From assembly GCA_045837725.1 (NCBI GenBank), contig JBEWZL010000124.1:558001-622000 (forward strand): a stretch of DNA of 64,000 nucleotides, given 5' to 3'. The DNA is from Vermamoeba vermiformis. Lineage: Eukaryota. Under the pieces are notes generated by a model. That model was not told the origin of the DNA. It was given only the letters and a program-made list of their open reading frames with translations, and made no database searches. Below, piece after piece: positions 15,446 to 33,804 of this stretch (position 1 is the stretch's first letter; the number at the start of each line of letters is the position of its first letter). Both the position numbers and the translations under genes were made by a program.

Positions 15446-15863
15446 CATATTACTGGTCAAACTGGAAGCCGTAGTGAGTGGTAAACTGTTGTCGTTAGTA
15501 AGGCGAGCAATTAGAATAGCTGGCAGGGTTACCCTGTATATTTGATTATTTTTAAACCCTACACGTTCGATGCGCAGAACGAATAATTTTTAATTAGCAA
15601 TCCGATCGATTTTTATTGCTGGGCGCTTGAAAACAATTTTTCAAAATGAATCTGCTTTTAAATAAATTTAGCTCCTGGTTTCTTTGTTCAAACCTTCAAT
15701 ATAAAATTGAGATTGATTATGATTAATATTAATCGCTGCTTATTTGTAATTTTAAAACCACTCTGACTGATTTGCTTGACACAGATCTATAGAAATAACT
15801 TACGGCAAATGCAGACCGAATTACGGCGCGTAACAGCCATATTACGCCGATGTTAGCAAAAAT

Positions 15864-17289
15864 ATGGTCATTCTGTTAATTTCTGCGCTTTATACGGTAA
15901 GAACCGGATTCGATCGAGTCAGAAATTTCATTCTAGCCTTCCGTTAGGCGCAGGTGGCTCAGAATCCAGTGTATTGATGCATATTCAAGGCGAGTAAGTT
16001 GTTGCCGCTAGTCGAAGATGCGAAACAATCTCGATCCAGCGCTGAACATCGCGTTGACAAGCAGATCTGGACAGTGGCGGTGAATTAAGGATTCGAGAAG
16101 CGATTCATAGAGCAGGTAATATATAATACTATATTTTACACAAGATCTCTAATAGATTGAGTTGGGCTTAGTGTTTACTTTAGATCAAACTCGATCGTGT
16201 TTTGAATTCAAAGTGGCGTATTGTGCCAACAAGTCAGTAGAAGAGAACTATTAAAATATTTCTATTATTATTCGCTTATATAGTGGTAATTTTACAATGA
16301 AATTAAGCCGCCCTTTGCAGATTTGATTAAACCTAAAAAATTTCGGTTCATTCGTAATAATACCACTGCTACAGAACTCGACAACAATGGAAGAAGGTAT
16401 GTTAAAATGACTAACTATGTTCGAATCAAACATTAATCTTTCCGCTTATCGGTCACAGGCACCACTAATAATACTAATCGAAACGAAGTACCAAAGAAAG
16501 GTAAGCGAATAGTTATTTTGGATTTGTGTCCGTTTTCGTGGATTAATTAGTCTTTAGATTCACGTAAAGCGAATTGTTCATTCAAATTATCATTTAATCA
16601 AAACTTGATTTCGAATCCGGCAGTAGCGAAACCACAACTACCGCCAGAACTACAAAATGCAGAGCGACTAGAAGAAACGCTCTTTAGTGCTGCTCAATTA
16701 GCACAAATAAATCAATTAGTGGAGGAAAAAATGCAATCCCTTACTAAAGGTAGAGAAGACGTTAATTCTCTACGAGAAGAAAGTAAATCCATTCGAGCGG
16801 AAATTACATCTCTTATAGAAGACACCAAATCGCTGCGAGAAGAAAGTAAATCCATAGCAGAAGACACCAAATCCCTGCGAGAAGAATTGGCAGATGTGAA
16901 AACAATTCTCGGATTCTCGGCAAATCGTCACCGCCGAGCCGTAATTCGAGAAATGTGTCATTATTTACGCTCTCAGGTAAGATTATTATATATATCCAGA
17001 TCCAATTACTGACGTTTGACAGATTATCACCAGCGTCGATGCCAACAAGTCAATTACGGCTAATGCTCCGAAACTTTTATCGGATCTGCAGCGAAACGGA
17101 TGGTGGCAACAAAATGGGAACGAGTCTTATGCCCATAGTTTTACGCTGGACGAGCTATGGGACGCAGTGTACACGTATTCACGACAGGAAGCGGATCTCA
17201 TCACTGCATTCGACCTCACCGCAAAATTAATGGGTGGAAGTGATTTCGTTTCAAGACCTAAATACAAGACGGTTGAGCCATTGCCTTAA
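15864..17289 (+). CDS. Uncharacterised multi-exon coiled-coil protein (5' exons uncertain)
   Basis: ORF 16605-16976 contains the heptad repeat EDTKSLREESKSI. It splices to a last exon ending in TAA at 17289. Several upstream GT-AG exons are present. Confidence 0.45.
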
Positions 17290-17751
17290 AATTTATTTTT
17301 CAAGTTTCTTGAAATTCCTTGCGGATCTCTGTAACACACGCGGTTAAGCAAGAATAAAGTCCTCGGGACAGATCGCAGTTTTCACGCATCTTCGTCTTCT
17401 TATTTATCATCGCAGTTTTCACTGTAATCGTTTGTCGTTACTTTTGTATCGATGTTGTCAGCACCGATTAATCCTTCGAGTGAAAAGACGTTGATTTTAT
17501 GGACGTACGAATAATTATTTACGTTCCTCGCCACAAACACAGTAATCGTCGTTACAAATAAATTTGTTACATAGCACCGAGTGCCCTAACTTGACCTTAG
17601 GCATGCGACAAACGGAAATTTTAAGCGAAATTGTCGAAAATTTAATTTTATTTTTAATTGTTGCAAGCAAATGATCGAATGCTTCAGCAATAATTACATC
17701 CTTTATAAATGATTACTCATTTAATGACGGATCTAACAATTTATTTTACCG

Positions 17752-17991
17752 TTATTTTCCTGCTTCTCGCTTCCATTCGTCCCAAAGCTCCTCTAAATAA
17801 CTCCAATGAGGTGGAATTGGAATATTATGTTGACGACATAGCTCTATTGCTTCGCCTCCGCCCATGTAAACTACTTCGGTCGTTCCATCTTCGTACTCGA
17901 GAAGTGTGTCTGGATGTTGGCAGGGTTCTGATTCAAGGCAAATTCCTCTCGGGGTGATGTTCTTTAATTTTTTTCCAGTTGTGACTGACAT
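17752..17991 (-). CDS. Small intronless Cys/His protein, copy 2 (79 aa)
   Basis: Highly similar to copy 1; motif GICLESEPCQHP. Confidence 0.75.
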   Translation of the reverse strand: MSVTTGKKLKNITPRGICLESEPCQHPDTLLEYEDGTTEVVYMGGGEAIELCRQHNIPIPPHWSYLEELWDEWKREAGK

Positions 17992-18313
17992 GTTGTTGTT
18001 TCTTATGAGTGATAAAGGAGTAAAACTTCGGTTACTTTTTAAAGATTTTAGTTTTTTGGCTTTACCAAATACGGCAATGCTCTCCTATATCTATCAACGC
18101 TTCAAATAAAAGTCGTTGTGTTATTACTATAAAAGAACAAAGACCTTAAACAACATTTTTGATCAAAATGGAAGAAGCGGAGTGGCTGTCTTCGCCACGC
18201 CTTAGGGAAAGTGTGTCTATTGTCGAAAATTACTTTATAAATTCTAATTTTAATTGTTGCAAGAAATGCACGACACCAGATTCATTTCCTGACGGATCTA
18301 ACAACCGTTTTTT

Positions 18314-18542
18314 TTATTTGTAATTATTTCGTCTAGGTCTCGCTACATAACTCCAATGAGGTGGAACTGTAATATTATGCTGACGACACAGCTCTATAGC
18401 CTCACCTCCGCGCATATAAACTACTTCGGTCGTGCCGTCTTCGTACTCGAGCAGCGTGTCCGGATGTTGGCAAGGGAGTGATGTTAGGCAAATACCTCTC
18501 GGCGTGATCTTCTTCAATTTTTTTCCACTTGTTAACCGACAT
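18314..18542 (-). pseudogene. Small Cys/His protein, copy 3; 1-nt insertion after codon 3 and altered C-terminus
   Basis: The ATG at 18542 is out of frame by 1 nt with the conserved body (GICLTSLPCQHP). This could be an assembly indel. Confidence 0.55.
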
Positions 18543-18627
18543 ATTGTCGTTGCTGTTAGTCTTTAAGAAACTCTACTTCGATTAGTTTTTTAAGTTTCTT
18601 CAATCCGACGCCACTTATTCCAACACA

Positions 18628-19419
18628 ATGGAACAGCAACAAGCTACTAATCTTTTGTAAGTGGGATACTTCCTAGTCGTTAAATGTAAAATATCATTGA
18701 ATGTTCGTCTTTTGTGATCAAGCTATTTTGTCTAGTCTTTGCTACGAAATTCAATTTCGTTTTTAAAAATTAGAAAAAATTATTTAAGGCCAGTATAATA
18801 ATATAATAATGTTATTATATCATCTAAATGTAAAATACATCGTGTTGCTAATTAATTTTAAGACCTTACAACGCAAATCTCGATCTAACAATTCCTTTCC
18901 CTAAAGCGAACAAGCCAGCTTCAGTTTGATATCGTGCGGATACCTCAGAGATCCATTCAACGTAGTAGTGTTGAATAGACCAATCCCCGTCTCTTTAAAA
19001 TTCAACGATCCAAACCGAACGCAACAAGATGCGATTAACTGGGTGCAAAACAACTTCGATATTCAACCTGGTCAATATAATAAGGTTGTTAATGGTGCGC
19101 AAACACAACCAGATGGAACTATCACCGTTCAACTCACGTTCAACGATCCGAATCTGAATATCAATGCTCCTGTTCCAGTTCGTCAGCTAGTAATCGCTAA
19201 TGCAGGATCATTTCCTGTTCAAATTAGGACGGAGTATCCTGCCGACTTTGAACAACCTTATGAGGCGAATCGATGGTTTGGTACGTTTTTCAGATCGAGC
19301 TCGAAATAATTGCTTAAACTTGCACTGCTAATTAGTGTTCTAATACTATTTAATATAAATTAGTGCCCATGGAACAAAGAGAAGTTTTTCGTGGAGAGAT
19401 AGAGGAACGACGTATTTAA
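18628..19419 (+). CDS. Uncharacterised Asn/Gln/Pro-rich, probably beta-rich protein; 3 exons, frameshift at ~18925
   Basis: MEQQQATNL|LPYNANL... continues in another frame into the 127-aa ORF. Canonical introns; internal xFNDPN repeat. Confidence 0.55.
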
Positions 19420-19486
19420 TAAATTCAGAAAAATTGGATCTTGTTTTAGTTCTTAATATAAATGATTCGTATTTATTTACAATAAA

Positions 19487-24773
<5,287 letters not shown>

Positions 24774-25477
24774 GTTGAACAATAAATTAAATGCTTCATG
24801 AAAATCAGATCAAAAGTTTTTATGGCAGCTCTCCGGCCGGAGATCGGCGCTTCGAATCCAAAAAAGGAAACTTCGAAGCTTTCTTTTGCAAGGCCCTTCC
24901 CGCGGCCGAATTATAAATACGCAACCGAAGGTTTTTCTGTCCGAACATTGCCCATCTTGTTTGTTTTGAGCTGTCAAAGAGAAGCAAAAAGAAGCAAAAA
25001 AGAAGATTCGATCCAATAAAATTAAATAAATAAATAAAAGAAAATTAGCAAAATATCTACTATCCAACACATAACTAGTTGTAAACTTGTTTGGACGGAA
25101 CTGCGACAAAATAACTGGATTAACAGATGCAGCTTACCCCGTTGTTTTTAAGCTTCATATTTTGCGTTGTTAGATAACAATTATAAAAATTCAAGGCCAA
25201 ATGTATGCTTCAGACAAATAAGATTTGTTGTCTCAATGAAGCACGAGATAAAAATAAAAAATTGCAAACCAAGCGAGAAACGAACCACTCGTTTGCTGCA
25301 ATGGCAAGTACGGTGTCGTCCACTAGAGGACGTTATAATATATAGTTTTGAGTCGAACTTGATATAAAAGTTACATGGTTCCTACATGATAGCAGCGTAC
25401 GAATGTCTTCTTTTTCCTAGCGTTTCCAGTCCTCGTTAGAAAAAACTATGTTGACACAATTTGTGTGTAAATAAATA

Positions 25478-27286
25478 TTAATTATCGATCTGCGTCGCAT
25501 AACAAACGAATGCGAGCAGAGGAATGGGAATGAACCCCGTGACAGTCATGCGCAAGAAACCGCCAGTCAACCTTGAGATCTGCCACTCTGCGGGGAACTC
25601 TTTCACAACTTTTGTGTTGAACCAACTAAATACACCATTGGCGAAGCACTGGAACGACTTGGAGTCCGGTGAAAACGTAACACTTCCTTTGTTCATGCCG
25701 AAACTCCTCTGGAAAACCATTCATGAATCAGAAAAATGCGACACTATTACTATATTTGGTAAAATTTTCGCTTACGAGGGAATTCCCGGACCAATAATAA
25801 CTTCCTGAGCCGCCAGTAATTCGGCTGTCTTTGGTCAACGTGAACTTCTGTGGCAAGACCCCTGCTTCATAGTCAATAACAATAATACTATATGCTTCAA
25901 TAGAGCGACTTACCAGGCATGTTTCTCGTGATCGTCCTCGTGCTGTGCGAGTAGGTCCATCTGACTAAACGGATTGATTGGATGTTTATAGCACCGTTCA
26001 TTTCAACTCCGAACGCTGTTTATATAGACATGTGTTAATAAAAGTTCCGTAGTATTGCTATGTAAGCACGTACCATCTCGGTAATTTTGCTTCCAGGTCC
26101 TATCTTCTTTAAGTTTCTTCGTGGACTTAAAATCTTTTGCAAATTGTTCGCGCCAAATGACATCTGATTCACTTATCTCTCTCATATCTTTGCTACACTG
26201 CGCTAGCGTACAATTTACCTAAAATAGGTAAGTTAGATCGCGATCTGAATTTTTTCCGGAATACTTACAAAAGCACTTGTTTGATTAAATATAATGAATA
26301 CGAGCTCTTGGGGCAACACGCTGAACATTCCGAGGTTCTTGTTCGTTAATTGTACGTCGCTGAGTCGTTGCATAGCCTCTTGCCAATCGGATCTGGTCGT
26401 GACGTATTTATGGATCATTTGAACCACTACTTCAGACATTCCTTCAACCTGCCACATAACTCCGTTGTTGCAACATGTCCACGCATGCTTTAAGTGATTT
26501 GCAACCTGCTCGGCAGCGGTGGCGCGTTGATCGTCCCCCACGAGAGACAAGATCTCTTGAACGAAAGATCCGCGTAACTCGAGCTCATAATAGCTCTCTT
26601 GATCTTCGAAGGCATTGAGCCCGTCGGGTAGGACCGCTTTAGGAATTATCACGGGACTTGATTCGATTTTCTGGTTCGCAATTTCTTCTGAATGTAGCTG
26701 CACGACCGGTGCTTGCGGATTTGGGTTGCTTGCCTAATAAAGCAATAAATATAATCAGTAAAAATAGGAAACTAAGAAATCAAACTTTTCCGATGCGCGT
26801 TATGCCCAAAAGCCGAAAATAAATCGAATCTTTCTCAAAATATTCTGATCAGTATTTCAATCCGTGCATCTGAGGGGATTAAATCTTTTACCTCTTTTCT
26901 TCCGTATATATTATTTATACTCGATAATAATTGTTGATAATCGTGGTCTAATCCATCGTCCACGTCGAGCTGATAGGGATCCGGATCTGCCCATTTACTT
27001 GCGTGGAGTTGAGGGTTTGAATGTCGAATATTTCCTGGCTATTATATAAAAAACAATGAGCTTTTAATTTTTCTATTATGCATCTATTTTTTCATTGCGT
27101 TGCCAACAACTTTGAATTCCAATTCAAAATTAAATCTTTAATTTGATTAAATCTTCCTAGCGTACATGTTTAAATACGTGCCTGGTATGCAACGCTGTCG
27201 CTGCTTGAATTGGCCAAACAAAGCTCAACGTGCATCTCGATCTCGCTGAGCGGATACGCTTTGAAACAAACCGGACAATCTGTCAT
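25478..27286 (-). CDS. F-box protein with N-terminal UBZ4-type zinc finger
   Basis: Exon 1 reads MTDCPVCFKAYPLSEIEMHVELCL. F-box: FSVLPQELVFIIF...LAQCSKDMREISESDVIWREQF. Linkage of the middle exons is approximate. Confidence 0.65.
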
Positions 27287-27441
27287 GGTAATACTAGCTC
27301 TATCTTATCACTAGTTAACCTTGACGTATTGTGCTCGTTTTGTTAATGCGGTTTATCATCACAAAACAGGACAAATAGCTGACAAAAGAGTTTCTTTCTC
27401 GAGATTTATTTACAGTCCTTGCAAAAATTCTATTGTACATT

Positions 27442-30337
27442 TTACTCCTTTTTCTCGGGAGTAACGTCGAGTTTGGCGTTAGTAACGTCAATATAATTTA
27501 CAAGACCACGATCAGGCAAGTTTTCGGTCGGGGCGTTCGGATCGAGTTTGGTCTCGGTTGGTACTGGTACCTCGGCCTCCTTAGACTTAGGCTCCTTGGC
27601 TTAGGCTCCTTAGGCTCCTTAGGCCCCTTAGGCTTAGGCTCCTTAGGCTTTTCCTCTTCTTCGTCTCCCCAATTTCCACAGCTTTCTTCGGTCTTTTTCT
27701 CTTTCTTGGGTGCATCCGAGACCAAGTACTGGTAGTAGTGGCGACCAGCGGTGAGAGGCATCTTCAATGTATTGGTCTTGAGTTCAGAAGACCAAGGCAT
27801 GTTAACAGGACGCCAGTTGGTGAACGAGGCAGTGAGCGAGACCCTCTTGCCTTGTTCAGACTTGTAAGCAAACGTAACGGCTTTAGGCTCCTAAAATAAA
27901 CCACGTAAGCAACTATAACACGCATTAAAAATCAGATCTGGTACTTACCTCGAAGGTTTGGCTTTCCAAGGCCAAGAGACCGAGCCACGAGTCAACTTTG
28001 GTCAAGTCAGGTCGCGTCAAGTTCAATCTGAACTGCAAGGGCTTCAAATCGAACTCAGGCTTGATCGCCTCGCGGACCATCTGACCAGGCTTCTTAGGAT
28101 CGCGCAAGAACGAGACGTACACGAGCTTGCAGTCAGGCGCGACCTCCTCGCGGTACTTCTTGAACAGCGCGTTGAAGCGATAGCCGTGCGCACTGCCGTT
28201 CTCTTCTTCGTCCGTGACCATGAACACGAACTTCAAGGGGATCTTGCGCTCGTAGTACTTCCACAAGCCGATCGCGTTGTGGGTCGAGCCACGAGTCCTC
28301 ACCTTCTCAGCGACTTCGAGAACTTGCGCCACGTTACGTGGGATACAAGGAGGCTTGATGACTTTGTTGTCGAAGAAGACCAGATCTGCGTTGGAGACCG
28401 CGCAGACGATCGAACTGAGAATAGTCGACGTCTTGATAGCAACTTGCATGCTACCAGAAGCGTCACCAATAACACACGCGGGCGGTGAGATTGGGACGTT
28501 CAAGCCCGAGAGCTTCTTCTGAGCAATGGTCAACAAGTTGTCGTAGAACAACTGGCCCTTCTTGCTCTCTTTGAAGTACAAGACACGCTCCATAATCTTG
28601 CCGTAGGACAGCTTAGGGAAATCACCGTACGCGAAGCGACTAATAAGTAGGGTTAGTTTAGAATTAATATGAATGTAATTGATTGCGCGTTGAGACTTAC
28701 TTAGCGATGATTTTGTCACCTTCGTCGCCAATGTGAAGCTCGTCGTACCACCACAACACGATGTCAATCGTCTCGTAGGTCAAGACAGCACGACGAATGC
28801 GCTTCGAGAGCTTAGTGCGCTTAGGCAAAGGCTTGCTGACCTTCTTTTTCTTGGGCTTCTCGGCCACAACAACTGCACCAGGTTCAGGAACGGGGTTGGG
28901 CACTGGTGCCTCGCCAACAGGTTGTGCAGTCGGTGTTGCTGCAACGACAGGCGTGGCCGCTGTGGCTGCCTTTTTCGCCTTCCTGTTCTTTCTGTTGTTC
29001 TTCTTGTGCTTCTTGGCCTTTTCTTTAGCAGCAGCGGCCTCTGCATTGACAGCCTTGGGTGCGCGAGGAATAACAGCTCCACCACGACCTCCGCCTCGTC
29101 CTCCGCGGCCTCCTCGACCGCCACGTGCTCCGCGAGCAACAGCTCCACCACGTGCTCCACCACGACCTCCACCTCGTCCTCCGCGGGGTGCAGCAGCGGG
29201 TCTGCGGGCAGGTTTTTTCTCGTCGTCTTCGTCCTTATCCTTGTCCGTACCTGCCAAGAAAACGCGTCGCAAAAGCGAATAAGGCACGTTACGACGACGC
29301 AACAAATCAACCAGCTCGCGCGTACTGAGCTTTTTCAAGTCAGTGCACTCGCCTAGAACGGTGTCTTTCCACTGATCGGCTTTGTCGGTACGATCGAAGA
29401 CGTAGTCCAAGAACCAAGTGTGCTGGAAGTCTGTGGGCTTCAAGTGCACTAAATCAGCCAAGTCTTTCCAAGGCTGTTTTGGCATGCACAAAGCATAGAA
29501 TTCGAGCTCGTGCTTGGGGATCGAGGCAGTCCACCGAGCTGAAAATATTTGAGTATTTCAGGAGTATAAGAAAATGCATAATTGTATAATAATTACCTGC
29601 CCAACGAGAAACGGATCCACTAACGGAACCAATTGGCACTTTTTCCTTCTCGATTAAACTGTTCAATAAAGTCTTGACTGGCGCGATCTCGCTCGGGGCA
29701 GCTATAACATCGTTAATTATTGCTTCTTAATTATGAAATTATTATAGAACGTACCTTTTCGTTGCTGTAAGCGAAGCAGTTTCTTTTCAAGGGCCTTGAT
29801 CCTCCTTCGCGTGTCAAGGACTGAAAGTGCTTTAGTAACTTCGGCAATACCGAACGTGTTCGATAGAGTGAAGTTATATGAGCTGCGTGACACCAACTTG
29901 TTGGCTAACTCGTGATTGTGCATGGCAAGACTAAGATCCAGATGAGAAAAAGCGTGGAAAGATTAAAATGACCGTAAAAAATCAATTTATTTATGGATAA
30001 ATAGTCCTTAACTACTCGTATTAAGTGTTATTGATCAAAATATTCGCTAAAGGTTAGCGGTTCAGAAATGAAATTTAATTTCGAGATCCCGCGTGATTAA
30101 TCCTTACCTAGCAGCTAGTACTCGTGCCTTAGTTCCCAATGATAGATCGACATTGTTGTTCAATATTCGGTTAAGCATTTGAGCGTATTCATTGGGATAA
30201 GTCTTCATTGCCTCGATGTGATCGGCAAACAGTTTCTCTTTTTGATTGAGGCCATCGTTAATAAATAACCCCCTAATATCCGCAAAACTAGCGGGAGGAG
30301 GTTGAGTAATATTAATCGTGGCTGTATTGTTTTCCAT
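27442..30337 (-). CDS. TROVE-like/vWA protein with RGG-rich insert and C-terminal CBM48 (AMPK-type glycogen-binding) domain
   Basis: vWA MIDAS VIGDASGSM...VTDEEEN; RGG tract at ~29080-29190; C-terminal VTFAY...VSLTASFTNW...LTAGRHYYQYLV...DPNAP...NYIDV, the last part after a 1-nt indel at ~27598. Confidence 0.7.
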
Positions 30338-30501
30338 TTGTGTGTGGAACTTTTGAATAAGATATTCTTTACAATAATTACTATTTAAAGCACCACAAAG
30401 TGCGCAAAACTGAGAAATTTGTCTGAACGACACGTCAATGTTGCTGGCATAATTGTCCCTCACGTAGAAAAGTAGATCTTCGGTTTTTTTACCCCGAATC
30501 C

Positions 30502-32293
30502 ATGTCCGTAAGTCACTATAATATTTTTGCAACACCAATATCTTTACTATAACGTTCCTAAAACCTTTCACATAGAATTTAAATCTTGTAATAATTTGGT
30601 GTCAATTTATTTACATTTTTTATTATTGACAGGGTAGAAAAAGGCGTGCATCCGAACCAGAGCCGCCACCAGCTAAGAAAATTAAATTAACAATTACTCC
30701 TGAGGCCGCAGCAGATAAAGACAACTTTAAACTGATCAGATCCCTTGACCGGAACGCACTAAAACCTGAAACAATTGCTGCTTTGAATAGGCACAACTAT
30801 GATCCATTTGCTAAGGAGCCCCAAGGTACTTACTATACTTAATAAATATGAAACATTATTGATTAATATAATTCCGTTCAGTGAAAGATATAATCCGAAG
30901 CGGATCCATTAGCTCCAAGTGCGAGCTTGTCGAATCAGAAGGCACCAAACGGCCCTATAAAATCGTTGCCAAGGCGAATATAGCCAAGGAAGAATGTGTA
31001 GGCGTTTATATGGGCACTTTGATTGAAGAGAGCAGATGCATAGGTACGTTAACCCGAACAAACATTAAGCTTTACTTTTTTGTCCTAATTGTGCCGAATA
31101 GAAAAAAATATGTGGCAGTATAATATACCAGCCGGACGGTTTCCTAAGAAGACAAGAATACCGTCATTAGTCCTTGACGGTTCAAAATCTGCAAATGAAA
31201 CGAGATTCTTCCACAACTCTGAGTGGTACAACAAAGCTCGTAAGTGAAAAATAATAGCATTATATTAATTTAATTAACGATTATTCTCGCAGCTAATATT
31301 TTACAAGTAATTGTATGGGATGTCGCGACACATCTGCCACACATAATTTTTCGTGCGATCCGCGACATTGAAGCTGGAGAAGATTTACTGCTGTTTTGGA
31401 ACGTACATGAGTCACCACAGCCTGAAGACAATAATACCAACCAATCGGATCCGACTAACAAGGAACGCGATCAGAGCAACCAAGAAGAGTCTTCCGAAGA
31501 AAATGAGAAACAACGTGCTGCAAAATTGAAACGTCAGGCAGAAGCGGAGAAAAAACGTCAAGAAGCAGCTGCCAAGAAAAAGCAAGAAGTCGAGAAAAAA
31601 CGAGCCGAACAAGAACTAGCACGATTAAAACAAGCAGAAGTTGATAAGAAACGACAAGAAGAAGAGAAGAAAATATTAGAAGAAAAGAAGAAACTTGACG
31701 AAGCAGCTGAAAAGAAGAAACAAGAAGCTGAAAAGAGACAAAAATTACAAGACGCGGTTAGAGAAACAAAACAAAAGCAAAATGAAGAAGCTGAAAAAAG
31801 AAAAGCTGAAATCGCACAGAAAAAGAAAGAAGCTGAAAAAAAGCGATTAGAAGAGAAGCGTAGAGCCGAACAAATAGCTAAAACAAAACGAGAGTTAGAA
31901 GAGGCCGAAAAACGGATCGAGAAGATCCGACAAAAGAAAGAAGAAGAAGCGAAGAGAAGAGCAGACGCAGAAAGAAAATTGCAAGAAGAAGTTTCCAATG
32001 GATTAACTTCAAAGAAAGCACAGTATGGAATTGTTAAAGTAATACCGAAACATACGACAAATTTGCTCAGATCGCACCAAGATGATGACCTGGACGACGA
32101 AGAGCTTGAAATTGAACCAGTAGAGATATCCAAGCCAATGACGGAGATTAATTTCTTCTCAGAAGAGCCTGTCATTAATAATTCTAGTAATTATAATTCA
32201 AGTCCGACGAAATCTCAAATCAACTCGACAATGGACATCTCATTTGACTTGAATGCAATAGTGTTATCAGATGAAGAGGAGGAGGTAGTGTAA
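30502..32293 (+). CDS. SET-domain protein with long K/E-rich coiled-coil C-terminus
   Basis: IVAKANIAKEECVGVYMG, LDGSKSANETRFFHNS and IIFRAIRDIEAGEDLL; N-terminal NLS-like basic motifs. Confidence 0.8.
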
Positions 32294-32329
32294 TATAGTA
32301 AATAAATAGAGGTTGTTTTACTTCAATTT

Positions 32330-33545
32330 TTAGTAGATCCAGAACGGCTTTACACCAGGCTCGTACGTGATCTGATTATAGAATCCCTTCATCGGATTGA
32401 GATTAGCGTACATCCAATCACGTGTAGCCCAATCAAGCGGAGTTACGCTCGATACTAAGAGCACGTGATTAGGATCGTCGGTAATAACGCGCATCCACTT
32501 CCATGAACCTACGAGCAAATCCAATTAATATTTATACCTTCAAATTCTGATAAAAATAGCTACTTACGAATGATCGAATGTACTTCTACTTCAAGAGTGA
32601 CCATTTCGTTCGGTTTCAGGTAATATCGGTCAGCGTAGTACAACATATCATTGACTTGTTGTTGCGTGAATTCAAGACGCGATTCATTCATGCCAGTGGT
32701 CCAGCCAAGCGACAAGAACGCACTTGGCAACATCTCACGGCACTTGCGAATGAACCAATCCGGATCGAACTTCGCGGGAATGCCACCTTCGGCACCGACG
32801 TAAGTAAGCTTCAATTATTACTAAATATGGTAATAAGGGACTTACCAGGGCCTTGCATGACTTTAGCACCGAGCCAAATAGGCATTGAGCTGATGTTTCT
32901 AAAATTTGAAAGCAGATGCAGCACGGGTGTCACGTCGGTAGGCTCGTGGAATCGAAGATAGATGCCTTTGCGTGTGACATTTGAACGGTAATTCATAATG
33001 CGGGACACGGCATCGACAAAAGTGATATTATTGACCATGTTATAGTGCTCATCTAACAGCACCACAGCTCCGCTATGTGTCGATCCGACATTGAATTGAA
33101 CCACTTGCAGAGATGAATCATTTAAAGCTCGCACAAGCTGTGATGGCGATGTAATAATATTGGTGAAATTAACTTCGGTAGTTGAATCCAATTCAAAGTA
33201 GTCGAGTAATGTCGCAACCTCTGGATGTGGCTTTGGATCTTGGATTCGGAAAATGTTAATAACAAGAATTGGGTTATTTAATAAATATTAAAATTTACCT
33301 GAGTGCACTGTAGCAAAAATAGCCGTAAAAGTAAAAAAGAAAGCTATGATCAGCCCACCAATTAAAGATAAATACACCTTCTCTTTGTATGTGCTAAAAT
33401 ATAATTCGGTTAATAAATATAATATTTCCACAATAAATATTTGCTGAATAAGCTGTAATGAATTTTCAGATCAAGTCCAACGGTTATTTGAAAATAGATG
33501 CAAGACATACTAAGGGTCTGGCCTGCGCGGTTGACTAAATTCCAT
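32330..33545 (-). CDS. Menorin/FAM151-like single-pass membrane protein
   Basis: N-terminal TM helix; PIWLGAKVMQGP and LSLGWTT motifs. Confidence 0.7.
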
Positions 33546-33804
33546 TATGGATATTTAATAATAAATAAATATGTGTTATTTAACTATGTACAAATTGAAC
33601 AATATGAAAACTAATGTCAAACGCACTTTTTGATCTGAAAATTGTTTAGCACGTGTCTTGTTTTGCTCCCGAAAGAAGAACAACAGCTCATAATATTATT
33701 AAATACCGAGCTTTACCCAAACAATACATTACGGGGAGTAATCCTTTTCGAACCGAAAGACAGTCGATCGAGCAATCGTCGAATAATTAAATGATGTCCA
33801 GCAA

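Noticed and set aside
10468-18930. Euplotes-like programmed frameshifting at stop codons (AAG TGA at ~10470; GTT TGA at ~18925)
   Set aside because: Other frameshifts (22095, 27598, 56200) lie far from any stop, and conserved motifs place the shift upstream of the stop. Ordinary indels explain all of them.
27585-27650. Short tandem repeat resembling a CRISPR array or minisatellite
   Set aside because: Coding KEPK/KGPK repeat with no spacers, in a eukaryotic context.
28733-29356. Several overlapping ORFs across the RGG region
   Set aside because: GC-rich low-complexity coding DNA keeps alternative frames open.
31558-32175. Long Phe/Ser-rich antisense ORF
   Set aside because: Shadow of the K/E-rich coiled coil on the + strand.
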